Source: Dimorphilus gyrociliatus (Eukaryota; Animalia; Annelida). Taken from it: a stretch of 64,000 nucleotides of DNA. The notes beneath the pieces were generated by a model. The model searched no databases and was not told the origin of the DNA. It saw only the letters and a program-made list of their open reading frames with translations. The stretch is from the NCBI GenBank assembly GCA_904063045.1, contig CAJFCJ010000019.1, positions 2,495,700 to 2,559,699 of the forward strand, in the 5' to 3' direction. Numbering within the stretch: position 1 is the stretch's first letter; each line of letters begins with the position of its first letter. The translations under genes and the position numbers were made by a program. This document shows, in pieces, positions 1 to 22,381 of this stretch.

Positions 1-1
1 T

Positions 2-277
2 CTGATTTTATCCATTGGAAAAGTAATCTCAGTCGTTGTGGGAAGAGTATTCGGAGTAATTCTCATACTGACTGGTTTCTTGGTTCTCCTCTTTGGATCA
101 ATATATTTCGGTATAGTTGTTTCGAGACATGGTAAAATAATGAAGGATAGAGAAAAACTTGAAAGAATGAGGACTGAATATATGAACAGTAATTCATGGG
201 CGAATAAGACGGAAAATGTTAGAAGAACACCCGAAGAGTTAGCCAAGATAAGTAATCTCTTTCAAGCAAAATCATAA
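2..277 (+). CDS. 3' end of a membrane protein gene; starts before the window
   Basis: Frame is open from base 2 to TAA at 275-277. Hydrophobic stretch (LILSIGKVISVVVGRVFGVILILTGFLVLLFGSIYFGIVV) followed by a charged tail. Family not recognised. Confidence 0.55.
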   Translation: MILSIGKVISVVVGRVFGVILILTGFLVLLFGSIYFGIVVSRHGKIMKDREKLERMRTEYMNSNSWANKTENVRRTPEELAKISNLFQAKS

Positions 278-477
278 AAAACAAAATCGCCAGTTTCCAT
301 TAGTTTGTTTGTTTGTTTGTACATAATGATATAAGATATGAATATTACTATTGTTGTTATTCTTTTCTAAAAATTAGTTTATCATGTATATTGTATCTTG
401 TAAATTATTGTAGGATTGGAATATTAATAACAAGCTATAAGTCAATATAGTATAAAATAGCAGATGACGCTTCTTGA

Positions 478-2901
478 CTAATTGAAAGTTTTCGTTCCGG
501 TAATGTAAAATTTGGAATGGAGAATATTCGACGGCAGACTAGTTTGTTGGAATGGTTGTTGACCTCCGACATAAACGTTTAGCGTTCCTAAATAGTATGA
601 TTAAGATACTTATTTATATCATATCAATTACGTATAATACCTTGCTCAATTACGTAGGAATCATGCTTCCAACCGGCCATAATTTGATATGGAATTCTCA
701 TTGTAACCTTTACAGTTTCTCCAATTTTTACTCTTTCTATCCTTTTGAAATCTGCTAACTGAATCTTTGGCATAGTCACACTTGGACTCTCCCAACTGAT
801 GTATGCTTGAACAACCTCATCACCGGTGTACCAACCAACATTTGATAGAGAAACTGATAGTTCAAGATCTTTTCCCGCCTTGATGATAGCGTATTTTAAT
901 TGTAATTGACTATACTGGAAAACCGTATAAGACAAGCCATATCTGTGAAAATTTAACAGCGTTTTATAATACTTCTTTTAGGGATAATTTGCTACTTTAA
1001 TCAAAAAGAATTAGTATTACCCAAAAGGGTACATAGGATTTCCTTCAAAGTATCTATAAGTCCTTTTATTCATCGAATAATCAATCATCGGTGGTACTTG
1101 AGCTAAGGTGGTTGGCCAAGTTGCCACCAACCTGCCAGCTGGATTGGCGTAGTCTTCCCTTAAGGTAAGGACATCAAAAAGAGCCTCTCCTGTGGCTTGG
1201 GCAGGATATCCAATTGTAAATATAGCATCAACAAGAGGGTTATCTTTAGCCCAACTAATATCTACTGGACCGGCGTTAAACAGTAGAACTATCAAACGAG
1301 CTCCAGACATTTCTGTTCAAAATATACATACAATTCTTTTATATAGAATGAAAATACTATTCTCTATTTGAATGAAACAGACTAGTTTTAGCGGCATCCA
1401 TTATAAGACGAGTTTGATTTCCTGGGAGTTCTAAATTTGCTCTATCATTTCCCTCTCCTTCCCAACTTCCCAAACCCATACAAGCAATAATGTAGTCGGC
1501 ATCATTAACGGCTGAAGCTATGGTGAGGGAATCGTACTTGTGGCATCCTATATCGAAACATCCTTCTGCTTTTGTAACAAGTTTTCCTAGATTTTTTAAA
1601 CCGGTCCAAGGGGTTGTTGTATATTTCGGTTCTACGTGAGCTGCATACGATCCAAATTGTTGGTTGGCATCGTCGACAAAAGGACCGATAAGAGCTACCT
1701 TTCGAGGTTTTGATCGAATGGGAAGAGCTTCCCGGTTATTTTTTAAAAGGACAAAACTCTGAACAGCAGCCAATAAAGCCGTGTTCGTGTGAGCACGGTT
1801 GTGAATAATATCATCAAATTTGTAGGTATTATAGATATTATATTCAGGGGGATCAAATTCCCCTAATTTTAATCTAGTAAGAAAGAGAGGCTTGATAGCT
1901 TCTCTGACAGTTGATTCTTTAATCAGGCCTCTTCCTACAGCTTCAATTAAAAGAGAATAGGGCGATTTTCCTCCAGGCATATTAAAATTTGTTCCGGCAT
2001 TCATAGCTTCAGCAACAGCATCAATCAGAGTTGATGTATAATGGTGAGAGTCGTAAATGTGACTGATTGCTCCCATATCGCTTATAACGTAGCCCTTAAA
2101 ATTCCATTGTTTTCGGAGAATATCTGTGAGGAGACGCCGGTTTGCGCAAGCTGGTATTCCGTTGATTGCATTGTAGGAGCACATAAGGGCGGCGGCTCCT
2201 GCGTCTACGCACTTCTTAAATGCAGGAAGAAATGTCATATGCAAATCTGTGTCAGAAATGTTAGCGTTGAAGGAAAAACGCGAGGATGGTATTGTTTCTG
2301 GTCCAGTGTATGCGTCAAAATGCTTACAACCAGTTGCAGCCTGCATGTACTTGTATTCCTTTGGGCCTTGAAGACCAGAAACTATTCTATCAGCTAGAAC
2401 GCCACTCATGAAAGGATCTTCTCCATACGTTTCCTGATTTCGTCCCCAAAGGGGATGACGCATGATATTTATTACCGGCGTAAGACAAACCATCCCCTGA
2501 TCTACCCCATATTGTCCTTTGGAGCTATATTTATTATATCCAGCTCTGGCTTCTCGACCTATTACGTTTCCAATTTCATAGAGGAGTTTTGGATTAAACG
2601 TCGCAGCAAGGCCAATCGACTGAGGAAAGCCAGTCGCATTGTTATTAACACCGTGTAAACATTCAGTATCAAAGGTAAATGGTTTGATTCCTAGCCTAGG
2701 AATAGGTGGGAGACGACTATGACCACTTCCTCCCCCTTCGGTTAAATGGGATTGAATCTCTTCTAAGGTCAACCTTTTAACTATATCATTTGCTCGCTCA
2801 TCCCAAGAAAGATTTGTGTTTTGGAATGGTAAAAGTCCACATATTACAGTAGTTCGAGCAATAAAAATGACACACAATATTATCCAGAGTAGCTGTTTCA
2901 T
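478..2901 (-). CDS. Secreted GH3 beta-D-xylosidase/beta-glucosidase; 4 exons (2901-1383, 1312-1021, 942-641, 587-478)
   Basis: Signal peptide; GH3 motifs WGRNQETYGEDP, CKHF, YVISD (nucleophile Asp), EGEGNDR, PAGRL, YPFGYGLSY and an FnIII-like C-terminus. GT-AG introns join all exons in frame. Confidence 0.92.
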
Positions 2902-3044
2902 TTCTCATGTATTTTATTATAAACTACAGATGGCTTTACTAATCAACAGGAAGTAAACGCCTCCTATCTGCAAATTCTTCTAAGTAGGCACCTGTATTTC
3001 AATATTGTAGAGAGTAAAAACGCAATAACGAAGCTATTATGTAT

Positions 3045-3140
3045 CCCGCGATAGCTCAGTTGGTAGAGCGGAGGACTGTAGTAGTTCAAACAAGGATCAT
3101 AGCAATCCTTAGGTCGATGGTTCGAATCCGTCTCGCGGGA
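3045..3140 (+). tRNA. tRNA-Tyr(GTA) with 23-nt intron, copy 1
   Basis: Acceptor stem CCCGCGA/TCGCGGG, A box TAGCTCAGTTGG, anticodon GTA, intron after G37, B box GGTTCGAATCC, downstream T-run. 96 = 73 + 23 nt. Confidence 0.95.
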
Positions 3141-3254
3141 ATTTCATTTTTTTTTATTCTTTCTCTTTTTATACGTTTTTATAATAAATTAAAAAAAATT
3201 TTGAAGGTAATAAAAGATTAGCAAGAAATCTTGCTCTAAGCTCCAATTCATTAT

Positions 3255-3350
3255 CCCGCGATAGCTCAGTTGGTAGAGCGGAGGACTGTAGTAGTTCAAA
3301 CGAGGATCATAGCAATCCTTAGGTCGATGGTTCGAATCCGTCTCGCGGGA
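3255..3350 (+). tRNA. tRNA-Tyr(GTA) with intron, copy 2
   Basis: Mature sequence identical to copy 1; T-run terminator follows. Confidence 0.95.
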
Positions 3351-3682
3351 ATTTCTCTTTTTTTTTGAACAATTGCTTCGTGATAATCTTTGAAACATTT
3401 CAAAACGTTCCAATAATCGACTATACTGGTAAGGACGATTGAATTGATTATTGGATATTTCAGTATCAAGCTTGATGCTGTAAAAGCTCCGTCTTCAGCC
3501 TTTTTTCCTTCATTGGAATATAGAAAAACAACTTGGGAAAAAAAATGAGTCAAAGATAGCCTCTTATGTAAATTCTTTAAATTATTCGCCTCTACTCATG
3601 AATATTTATAAATCAATTTATTTTTAACAGAAGCCCTTAAAAAATGTCAAAAAAATTCCAGTTTTAAGCAACAATTTACCAT

Positions 3683-3778
3683 CCCGCGATAGCTCAGTTG
3701 GTAGAGCGGAGGACTGTAGTAGTTCAAACGAGGATCGTAGCAATCCTTAGGTCGATGGTTCGAATCCGTCTCGCGGGA
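3683..3778 (+). tRNA. tRNA-Tyr(GTA) with intron, copy 3
   Basis: Mature sequence identical; intron 3720-3742. Confidence 0.95.
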
Positions 3779-3865
3779 ATTTCCTTTTTTTTAAGTCTTT
3801 GCTATTGTAGGGAGAAAAAAATGGAATGGAGAAATTTTTATCATCTACACAAGCCATCATCATCT

Positions 3866-3945
3866 AGCTGCCAACTGAATTGATAAAATGGTGGATTGTA
3901 GTAGTTCGTTATGGTATGCGATTCGTTCTTAGGTCTGGTATATTT
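3866..3945 (+). pseudogene. Decayed tRNA-Tyr copy
   Basis: 3873-3907 matches the functional D-arm, anticodon and intron start at 26/35 positions; CTTAGGTC retained; B box and acceptor stem lost. Confidence 0.7.
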
Positions 3946-4089
3946 TACAGTCTCAGGGGATTGCACTGCTCAATTTCACCCCAAAAATCTTTGTCATCTC
4001 AATAGATATAAAAGATGAGGCAATTTGTCATTATCAGTCATTTATTTTGCTTCTTTCCTCTTTTAAAGCGGGGGGAAAAAAAGAGAATT

Positions 4090-4185
4090 TCCCGCGAGAC
4101 GGATTCGAACCATCGACCTAAGGATTGCTATGATCCTCGTTTGAACTACTACAGTCCTCCGCTCTACCAACTGAGCTATCGCGGG
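4090..4185 (-). tRNA. tRNA-Tyr(GTA) with intron, copy 4
   Basis: Reverse complement of the same 96-nt gene. Confidence 0.95.
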
Positions 4186-4348
4186 ATGGTAAATTGTTGC
4201 TTAAAACTGGAATTATTTTCAAACCTCTACCCGAATAGAGTTTTTTTTAAATAGTATAAAATATATATTGTGTAATCTTAAAGATTAGATTTAGCAAGCT
4301 AATTATCAAATTAGGAATAAACATCACGAACAAAAAGAAAAAAGGTTT

Positions 4349-4444
4349 TCCCGCGAGACGGATTCGAACCATCGACCTAAGGATTGCTACGATCCTTGTT
4401 TGAACTACTACAGTCCTCCGCTCTACCAACTGAGCTATCGCGGG
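4349..4444 (-). tRNA. tRNA-Tyr(GTA) with intron, copy 5
   Basis: Reverse complement of the same 96-nt gene. Confidence 0.95.
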
Positions 4445-4521
4445 ATGGTAAATTATTGCTTAAAACTGGAATTTTTTTTTAAAATAAAAAAAAAGAATAA
4501 ATTAAAAAAAAAAAATGAAAT

Positions 4522-4617
4522 TCCCGCGAGACGGATTCGAACCATCGACCTAAGGATTGCTATGATCCTTGTTTGAACTACTACAGTCCTCCGCTCTACC
4601 AACTGAGCTATCGCGGG
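4522..4617 (-). tRNA. tRNA-Tyr(GTA) with intron, copy 6
   Basis: Reverse complement of the same 96-nt gene. Confidence 0.95.
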
Positions 4618-6678
4618 ACGTTAAATTACTGCTTAAAGTACCTTAAGAATAAGCATTTAAATTTCACTCTCCAGCAATAAAAAAAAAATCGATTTTAAAG
4701 TAATGTCTTTTAATCAAAACATCCGGAAAAATTTAACATTTTCTATCAGGAAAATATTATAAATTAACTAAATAAAAGAAGTATATACTGCAAATAATCT
4801 TACCTTCATTCAATTTACCTTTGCAGCCATTATTACTTTAATATCATGAATAAATAATAACTTAATAACATTTAAATAATGAATTCATTTATAGCATATA
4901 GATATTTTGAATTATTAATAACTGTATAGTTAAAATGTAGAAATCCTTTGTTTATTCGATTATTACATGTATTGTAGGAAAGGAGAAAAAAAATTGCCTC
5001 TCTCTCTCACTCTCTCTCTTCTCATTCTTTCTCTCTTAGGTTATAAAAAGATATAATTGGAAAAAGTAATTGGAGGTTAAACAGGAAAAGATTCGCATTC
5101 TCTCTTATTAAATGATAATTAGATTTCAATTTTAATTTGCCTAGATAGAATAACTCTAAAAAGAGATCATTTATTATTCTATTTGCATTAGGTTTATCAA
5201 TTTATCATTATCTTCCTATTCAGAGTGCAATATAATATATAAAATAGATATAAGGTTTATTTAAATTATAATTTCATTCATTAACTCTTTTGTGAAGAAG
5301 ATTTATTCATAGAAAAAGAATTGGAATAAATTTATAAAGGAAATGTAAATGACCTATATTTCTTGTAGCCTCAATACATTCTATATAATTTAATTTTATA
5401 GCAATATAATAATTCAAACATAAATATTCATATTTATATTAGATTATATACAAAGAGTGTTAAAATTAGTATTTAAATGCTAATTATACTTATTTCATTA
5501 TCTTTGTCTGTTTTGTTTTTGAACGAACGTCTATTTCTCCTTTCTCATACTGGTATAAATAACTAATTTACCTGTTCTATATAACAGTATATATGTGTCG
5601 TTACGTCGAAAACGTCGAATATTTAAAATTAATACCAAATGAATAAAAAGGCTAAAAGTTAATAAGGTCTTTTTTTTTAATATATATAAAATATATGGTA
5701 ATTCTATAATGTAAAGTTGTGTTTCTTTTCTAGTGCAAGTAAACAGATATACGATTAATTCTGTAGGTATACAAATACAAATAAATCAAAAATATGAAGA
5801 GAATAATAAGCTATCAGGTTGACAAACTGTTACTATTCTTTCTATAGGATTTTAATATAAAGTTTACATTAAATTAAATTATTTAATAGAAATTCTCTCA
5901 TGTTTACATCTAAAAAGGTCTTCTTGATTTGAAAGACTAATATTATCGTCGTGAGGATGTGTGGGATTTGATAGGTAGTTTGTTTACGAAACTAGCTAAA
6001 AGCTTATCACAATTAATTTCATCATCTTCTTTTTGGTAGTGATTAACTGGATCGTAAAACTTGATTAATGAACATGTGGTATCCAACCTCTTTGTATAGA
6101 CATTGTACAGGTTTATAAGGAGATTTATTAGAGAATAATATGGCAGAAGAGGAAACAATGGATGACCTACTTAATGAATCTTTTTCTTAAAATAGCGCAT
6201 TTCTTATAATTTTTATGTATACAGAATTTTATTTTATTTCCGTTCTAATCTGCAATGAATAGGTAATTAATTTATGCAAATTAGCTTATAGTTAACACTG
6301 AATAATTTTAACACTCTTCATTTATTCCATTTCTGAAGTAGTAGCGAAATTTAAATTAGTGTTTTTAAAAGTCTTTATTTCTAATTAGAACATGACAAAG
6401 TGAAATACTGTTTCTTTCCTTACAGACGTGGAAATTGATATCCTTTTTTAGAGTCTTGGGAGGATTTCTCACAAAGAAATAATACTAAAAACAGTATAAA
6501 CAGATAAATTCATTCCGATTCTACTACGTTTTCTTTCTATAAGAGGAACGCGAAAGAAAAATGGATGATTGTTTGTATGAAAATAATTAACTCTAAATAG
6601 ACAAACTGTTCGTAATTACTGTGTAAGCAAATTTTTTCCTTTTTCAGAGTCTTATTGTTGTATTTTTTAAGTCTTTCT

Positions 6679-6709
<31 letters not shown>

Positions 6710-6713
6710 GAAG

Positions 6714-7711
6714 AAACTATCAGCAGGGAAAAGGATTTCGGTAAATAGATGACATATATGGAAAAGTACAATGTTTTAAAAGAAAAAAATCGTTATATCT
6801 TTAACAATTGGAGGTAAATGAACCATTTTCCGGATGTATAATAATTAAATAGATTAGAGGTGATTAATGACTATTATAACAAATTCTAAACTATTGTTTA
6901 TTAGTGAACAAGTATAAGCTTGATGATGAATAGTGTCATATTCAATAGACTGTTATAAATCTCTTCTACTCAATAGGAATGAGAAATGATTTTCACACTA
7001 TATGTATTCTACATATCTACTCTACGTACATATGGTATACTAAACATTGTACATAAAATGCCGCATATTGCTAATCTGCTAATCTATAATTAAGTCATGT
7101 TGTATTGCTGCAGTTTTGTATTTAACGAGACTAATAAGTTAATTCCAGAACTTGATATTTCTAATTTATAAGTATAATCTATTAACCCTATTACTATAAA
7201 TTAAATACTTAGGGTAAATGCAGTTTATATACTATATGCGTGCGGTGTTGATTTTATTCTATGCGAACAATTTTATCATTCTAATTCTAGGCTGATTAAT
7301 ATACCGCAAATTTAGGCAAATTCAATCATGACAAGAAAAAGAAAAGAAAAGAAAGAAGATGAGGAAGAGAACCCTAAATGAATGAGATAAGCTAAAAAAA
7401 AATAAGCTGAATAGGAAGAAATTACAACTTAGCCTTTTAATCAAGTAGATTTTAGGATAATATAAATATCAACTTCTATGTAATTTACAATATACCGTAT
7501 TTAATAATGGTAAGATAATATATATATACTCTATATACATTACGTTATTAATACAGAGCATGACATGAAGTTATTGTAATTTCTTTTATATCTTCCTATA
7601 TACAAGAGCTAATCTCTTTGATATGTGAAACATAGGAATAGAGTAAAACTAGCTCCTTAATAGAGAGAATTCGATAACATATATCCAAATAAGCATCGTA
7701 TATAAATATAT

Positions 7712-7748
<37 letters not shown>

Positions 7749-7836
7749 AGAGGTGATTCTATTTTTGAAATCAATAAACTAAAGTGCCCGAATCTAAGCG
7801 AAATACTGATCTTTTTCAATCTGTGAAGGTGTTTAT

Positions 7837-7868
<32 letters not shown>

Positions 7869-9261
7869 TCTATTCTATCTTCAGAGAATAAGGTATGAAA
7901 GTATGGTTGTAAATATCGAAAATATTTATATTTTCCATTTATAATTTGTAAAGATAGATGATATTCTCCTTTGTGATACTTCCCTCTCGCTTATTACAAT
8001 AAAGTCTTGTAATAGCTATTAATAATGCTTCATTGCATCAATCTATTTCCTTATGAAATATCTTTAAGGTTTCCTTATCAATATATAATTAAACGAGAAC
8101 TGAATATTTATATTCCACGTTATATATGGATAGTATATTTACTATTGTATATATATATATATATATATGAACTGTATATTATATATATAAATATATAAGG
8201 TCAGTTATAATACGTTTTCTTCTCTCTTAGAAAACTTATCATGCAATCTCTATGGGATGGCGTAAACGTAATTTACTCTTCCGGCATAATACTCTCTTGA
8301 TTATATATAGTAGAAGAACCATGAACAAAAAGTATACTATTGATTTCGAATTAGTTTAGATACTTTTAAGTCCTTTTCTCTAAGATGCTCGAATTAAGTC
8401 AAACGAAGCGTCTAAAAAATTGAAAGGACAAAGGAAAAAGGTAACTAATTTTTTCTTAGAAAGATGGAATTATTCGTTTTTCTATTAATTAAGTAAGATA
8501 CGGTAGCCGAGCCAGATTGTCATTTTAATAAATAACAGATAGAAAAGAAAAAGATTTTGTAGATGAGTAGTGAGATACTTTATATAAAAAAAATGATGAT
8601 TTAAAGGGAGAACAAAAGATAATGAGGATTTTTTTCGAGGCTATATATTGGTAGTGTAAAGCCAAAAGGACTTTTGTGGGGAAGAGACCTCTTGAGTCTT
8701 CCGTATTCCGTTGAGGTAAACACTCTTAAAAGTCGAATTCGTGACATATTTTAGAATTGACCCTAAATTCTCACTACTTTGTCGCAAAGAGCATTCCATT
8801 TTATAATTAGAATATTCGCATCCCAACGCCTATAATTTCTCGAGTCGAAAATATCTCGTTCCATTCAATATCGATGTATATAGAATATAAAATGAGAAAT
8901 ATTTAATTTTTATCCCTAATCTTATTTATTAACGATTCATTACAATAAAAGAAGAAAAGATTATTGGGAAATTGAAGAAATTTCTTTAGAGTAGTTTCCA
9001 TAACAAAGACTAATATGTCACTATTCTTCCACAAGTTTATCTATTATTTTTTTTCTTTCTCTTCCTTCCCTATCTCAAAGCTACCCCAGGATATACATAA
9101 GATTAATTCTGATTTTCTAAATTGATATTCTTCCTGTAGAGTACAGAATAAATTGATCCGTATTCCTTTTAAGAGCAATTTTATATCCTTTCTGTCTAGT
9201 TGTTTTTTCATGAGAGAGATGCAAATTGTATGACCAGTATGCCTACTATACATACATACAT

Positions 9262-9305
<44 letters not shown>

Positions 9306-10939
9306 TATATACCTATACATCATTTTTCCATGGGATTAAGTCTCTCGTTATAACTATGATTTTTCCTTTCAATATAACAGTGATATACCTAATTTATCTA
9401 ATGAAAAAGAGTGATATTTGTATTTTATTATATTAAACGAATACAGTCTATTTTATCCCAGGATTTCACATTTCTAATAAACGTAAACTATATTTCAAGA
9501 TCATTTATTATAGGTATTTATATAAATTAATCTAATAAAGTTATATTAGTAGGGAAATTTGAAAATATTATATTAAGTAAGGATAGAAGAAGAAAGGGAG
9601 AATGAGAGAGAAAGAGAGGGCTGTGAGGGAGGGGGATGGGGGGAGCAAAAAGAATACAGTTAAATGTCTCCATCTCTCCCTTTATCTCTCTATCTCTCTC
9701 TATTACACACACATACACACAAATACAAACACACTGTCAGTTTGTTTCATTCTCTTTCTATCGCTTCCCTTTGCAGTTAAAAGATAATTTTTAGACTGCA
9801 TTTGTAAATGTTCCTGGTGGAAAATTGAAATTAATGAAAATTACCTTTGCAACATTGTCAGCTGTAACTAGGACATATATACCAATATATTATTAATAGC
9901 AATATTACAGCAAGAAAGACCTAAATGAAAATATACAGCTAAATAGGAATAATAATGATAATGATAATAAAAGTAATAGTATTTATATTCATATTGTAAA
10001 TTAATAATTAATAATTTAATTAATTGTCCACATATATACATAAAGTATCGTCCTTTCTCTTTTATGGATAGAAGCCGATGAGTCTTTAAAAGCTCATTAG
10101 AATAGATTGATAAATATATCATTTATTGCGGAAAATGTGCTATTGTGCTATTTATTCTAATTTCAAAAGAAGTTATTAAAAAAATACAGCAGAAATTATT
10201 TTAATTAATTAATACAAAAGATTAGTAATTTTTTTTGCTAGCTGAAAGTGTATGAGGTAAAAGAAACTGCGTGGGAATCAATAATCTTTCTCCTCTCTCT
10301 CTCTCTCTCTCTCTCTCTTAATGTCAGTCAGCCAGTCAGTTAGTCTATCTCACTGTCTCTTTCTCCATGAACTTTGGAGAGCCTTTTTTGTTGTGTTTTC
10401 TATTTGTTCTAATTTAGGTCAATGGATTCGATTTTGACAACAGGGTAAAGTTTTTTATTCTAATGTTAATACAATTGCTTTACATTCTATACAAAAAAAA
10501 TTCTTGTCTATTAAAGATTCTTCTCTTGTCCCTTTTCCACACAATTAAGTATTTATATAGTTATTTTTTTTACTCTTTCCTCTTCCTTCCGCTCTTTCCT
10601 GTTTTATTCTACTTTTATACAAGTAAACTTGAACTTTAATCAGTGTTCCTACTGGCAAGAAACTTACTAAAAATGGCATCTTCAATCTCTATAGCCAAGA
10701 TGTGTAAAATTTTCTTAGCTTCGTATTTTAAATAAATTGCCACAGGTTATAATTGTAGGGCTAAATTATAAATTGTCCGTTAACAAAGTACTCTTTTCAA
10801 AAAATTTTCAATTTGACAAGAGGAGAGAAAAGAGTATGGCTGGATGGATGGACAAATTGATAAATGTTACTATAAGACAGCAACGATTTTTCATGTTCAT
10901 TCAAAAGAGAAAGACGTAATATATTCTCGAGTTGTGTGA
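6714..10939 (+). other. Candidate unannotated gene built from short and micro-exons; cannot be fully assembled
   Basis: Several AG/GT-bounded segments with pyrimidine tracts. Some chain in frame: 8640-8715 + 8811-8875 + 8990-9034, and 9462-9482 + 10242-10256 + 10418-10444. Terminal-like exon at 10821-10939. Confidence 0.3.
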
Positions 10940-11281
10940 CAAACACTAAAACGTTTTCATCTAATAAAATGATTGCTATATGATATTAGTTAACTTTTAT
11001 GTATGTATATATACAATGTATATCTATTAGTTTCCTACCAACAGCATTTTATAGAGGCAGTTTATTGTTGAAATTAAAAATATTCTCTTTTATTATTCAT
11101 TTCCAATAAAACTTTCTTATCAAAGAGGATTAAGTCACTTTGATGTTATTTTCATAGTTTTATATATATATATATATATATTCTTGTTAAAAATTAAAAA
11201 AAGGAGTAAACACGAATAAGAGGTGAATGAAATTTGAACAATTTTCTATTATCAATATTGTCAGATCATGATTAAAGCATG

Positions 11282-11312
<31 letters not shown>

Positions 11313-12759
11313 TAGTATATATATTTATATATTTATATATAAACAGTTATATATGTATATCAATTCACGTTTAAAAGTAATATTTACACTTAAATTCCTC
11401 TTTAGAGTAACATTCTATTTACAACAATTTTTGCTTTTTTTGATAGTAATTTCACATTATTATTATGTTTTTTATCAATTAGACGAATAGTAATTAAATA
11501 TTTAAATAAAAAAATGAAGGAAATTTTTGCTAACATGAATGTAAAATCCAAAAAAAATACATAATAGACTTTTTTTTCTCTGTTTGTTTGCTTAAAATAC
11601 GAATATAACGAATATAACACAGATTATTTGTTTTTTTTTTGTATGTTAAATAGTGAAGAAAAAACCTATATGTAAAAAAAAAAAAGAAAAGAGATAACCG
11701 CCATTTTAATCGGAGGTTGGCAAAAACAAACAAAAAAAATTGTTAATATACATATAAAAATGTATATAACAAGAGAAGAAAAAAGGAGAAAGATCAGCAC
11801 AGTCAAACATTGGAAACTTGACCAACTCGTGAAATTTTCTTTTTTCTTTTCTTTCTTTTTTTTTTTGTTAAGATATTACAATAATAAAAAGGTTGTATAC
11901 CAAAAAAGAAAATAAAGGATTAAAAGATTTTCTTTAAAATTGTATCATCATCATCATCGTCGTCGTCATCATCATTTTGTTGTTTTTTTGTTAATTTTTA
12001 GTTTTTTTTTTGTTTAGAAAAAAAAAAATTACTTCTTTCTTTTTCTTTTTTTATTTTTTGTTTTTTTTTTTCAATTACGAATAAAAAAAAAAAGAAAAGA
12101 AGAAAAAAAATTGTTTATACTTAGAGAATAAAGATGAGGAGATTTGTTTAGAATGAAATAATCTTACTTTTAATTTTGTCTAGCCAGTTTTTATTAAACT
12201 GTTTCAGGGTTATCATTCTCTTTTTTTTTTTTAAAAAAAAAGGCTCAAATATGCAAATTTTGACTAGAGTTATTATGTCTGCGTCTTTAATATATATACT
12301 CTTAAAGTATTTTTCTTTTTACATACAATACATCATCTTTTTTCTTTCATTTAAAGTATTAAGAGAAGAAAGTTTTGTTTTTTTTTTACTGGCGCAAAAA
12401 ATAAAAATATGATAAAATAGTTGCTCAAATATTCATTTTTTTGGTGTTTTTTGTTTTCATATGGATAGAGAGAGAGAGAGAGAAAGAAAAGGGGGATATA
12501 TTAAAGATATCTATTATCATAGTTTTTGTATCTTTCTCGTCTCTCAAAAAATGTTAAGATAAATCAATAAATGAATGAATGAATGAATAAATCAATCAAT
12601 CAATCAATCAATCAGTAAAAGTTTCTAATTTTGTTGTTGTTTTTTTTTCTTTTCTTACGAAATTTTGTAAAAAGAGAGAAAAAAAACGCGCCAAAAAAAA
12701 AAAACAAACGAAAAAAAAAATGAAGGAAATTATATTTTTTTCTAGTCAACTAGTTTTCT

Positions 12760-22342
<9,583 letters not shown>

Positions 22343-22381
22343 CTTGAATGAGAAAATGATTGACGCATCGCTCTCGCTACT

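Noticed and set aside
2041-2658. Plus-strand ORFs 2041-2397 and 2455-2658
   Set aside because: Antisense shadows of the GH3 exon with no recognisable motifs.
478-2901. GH3 gene as a bacterial or plant horizontal transfer
   Set aside because: It has spliceosomal introns and a signal peptide, and BXL-like GH3 genes are widespread in invertebrates. Nothing in the sequence favours recent transfer.
3039-4429. Repeated short ORFs such as MVERRTVVVQ and RETDSNHRPK
   Set aside because: Translations of the tRNA genes on either strand.
3045-4617. Repeat-spacer pattern as a CRISPR array
   Set aside because: Eukaryotic DNA; the repeats are 96-nt tRNA genes in both orientations with irregular spacing, and there are no cas genes.
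5943-6158. Minus-strand 71-aa ORF
   Set aside because: No ATG start, no convincing splice sites and no family resemblance. Left unassigned.
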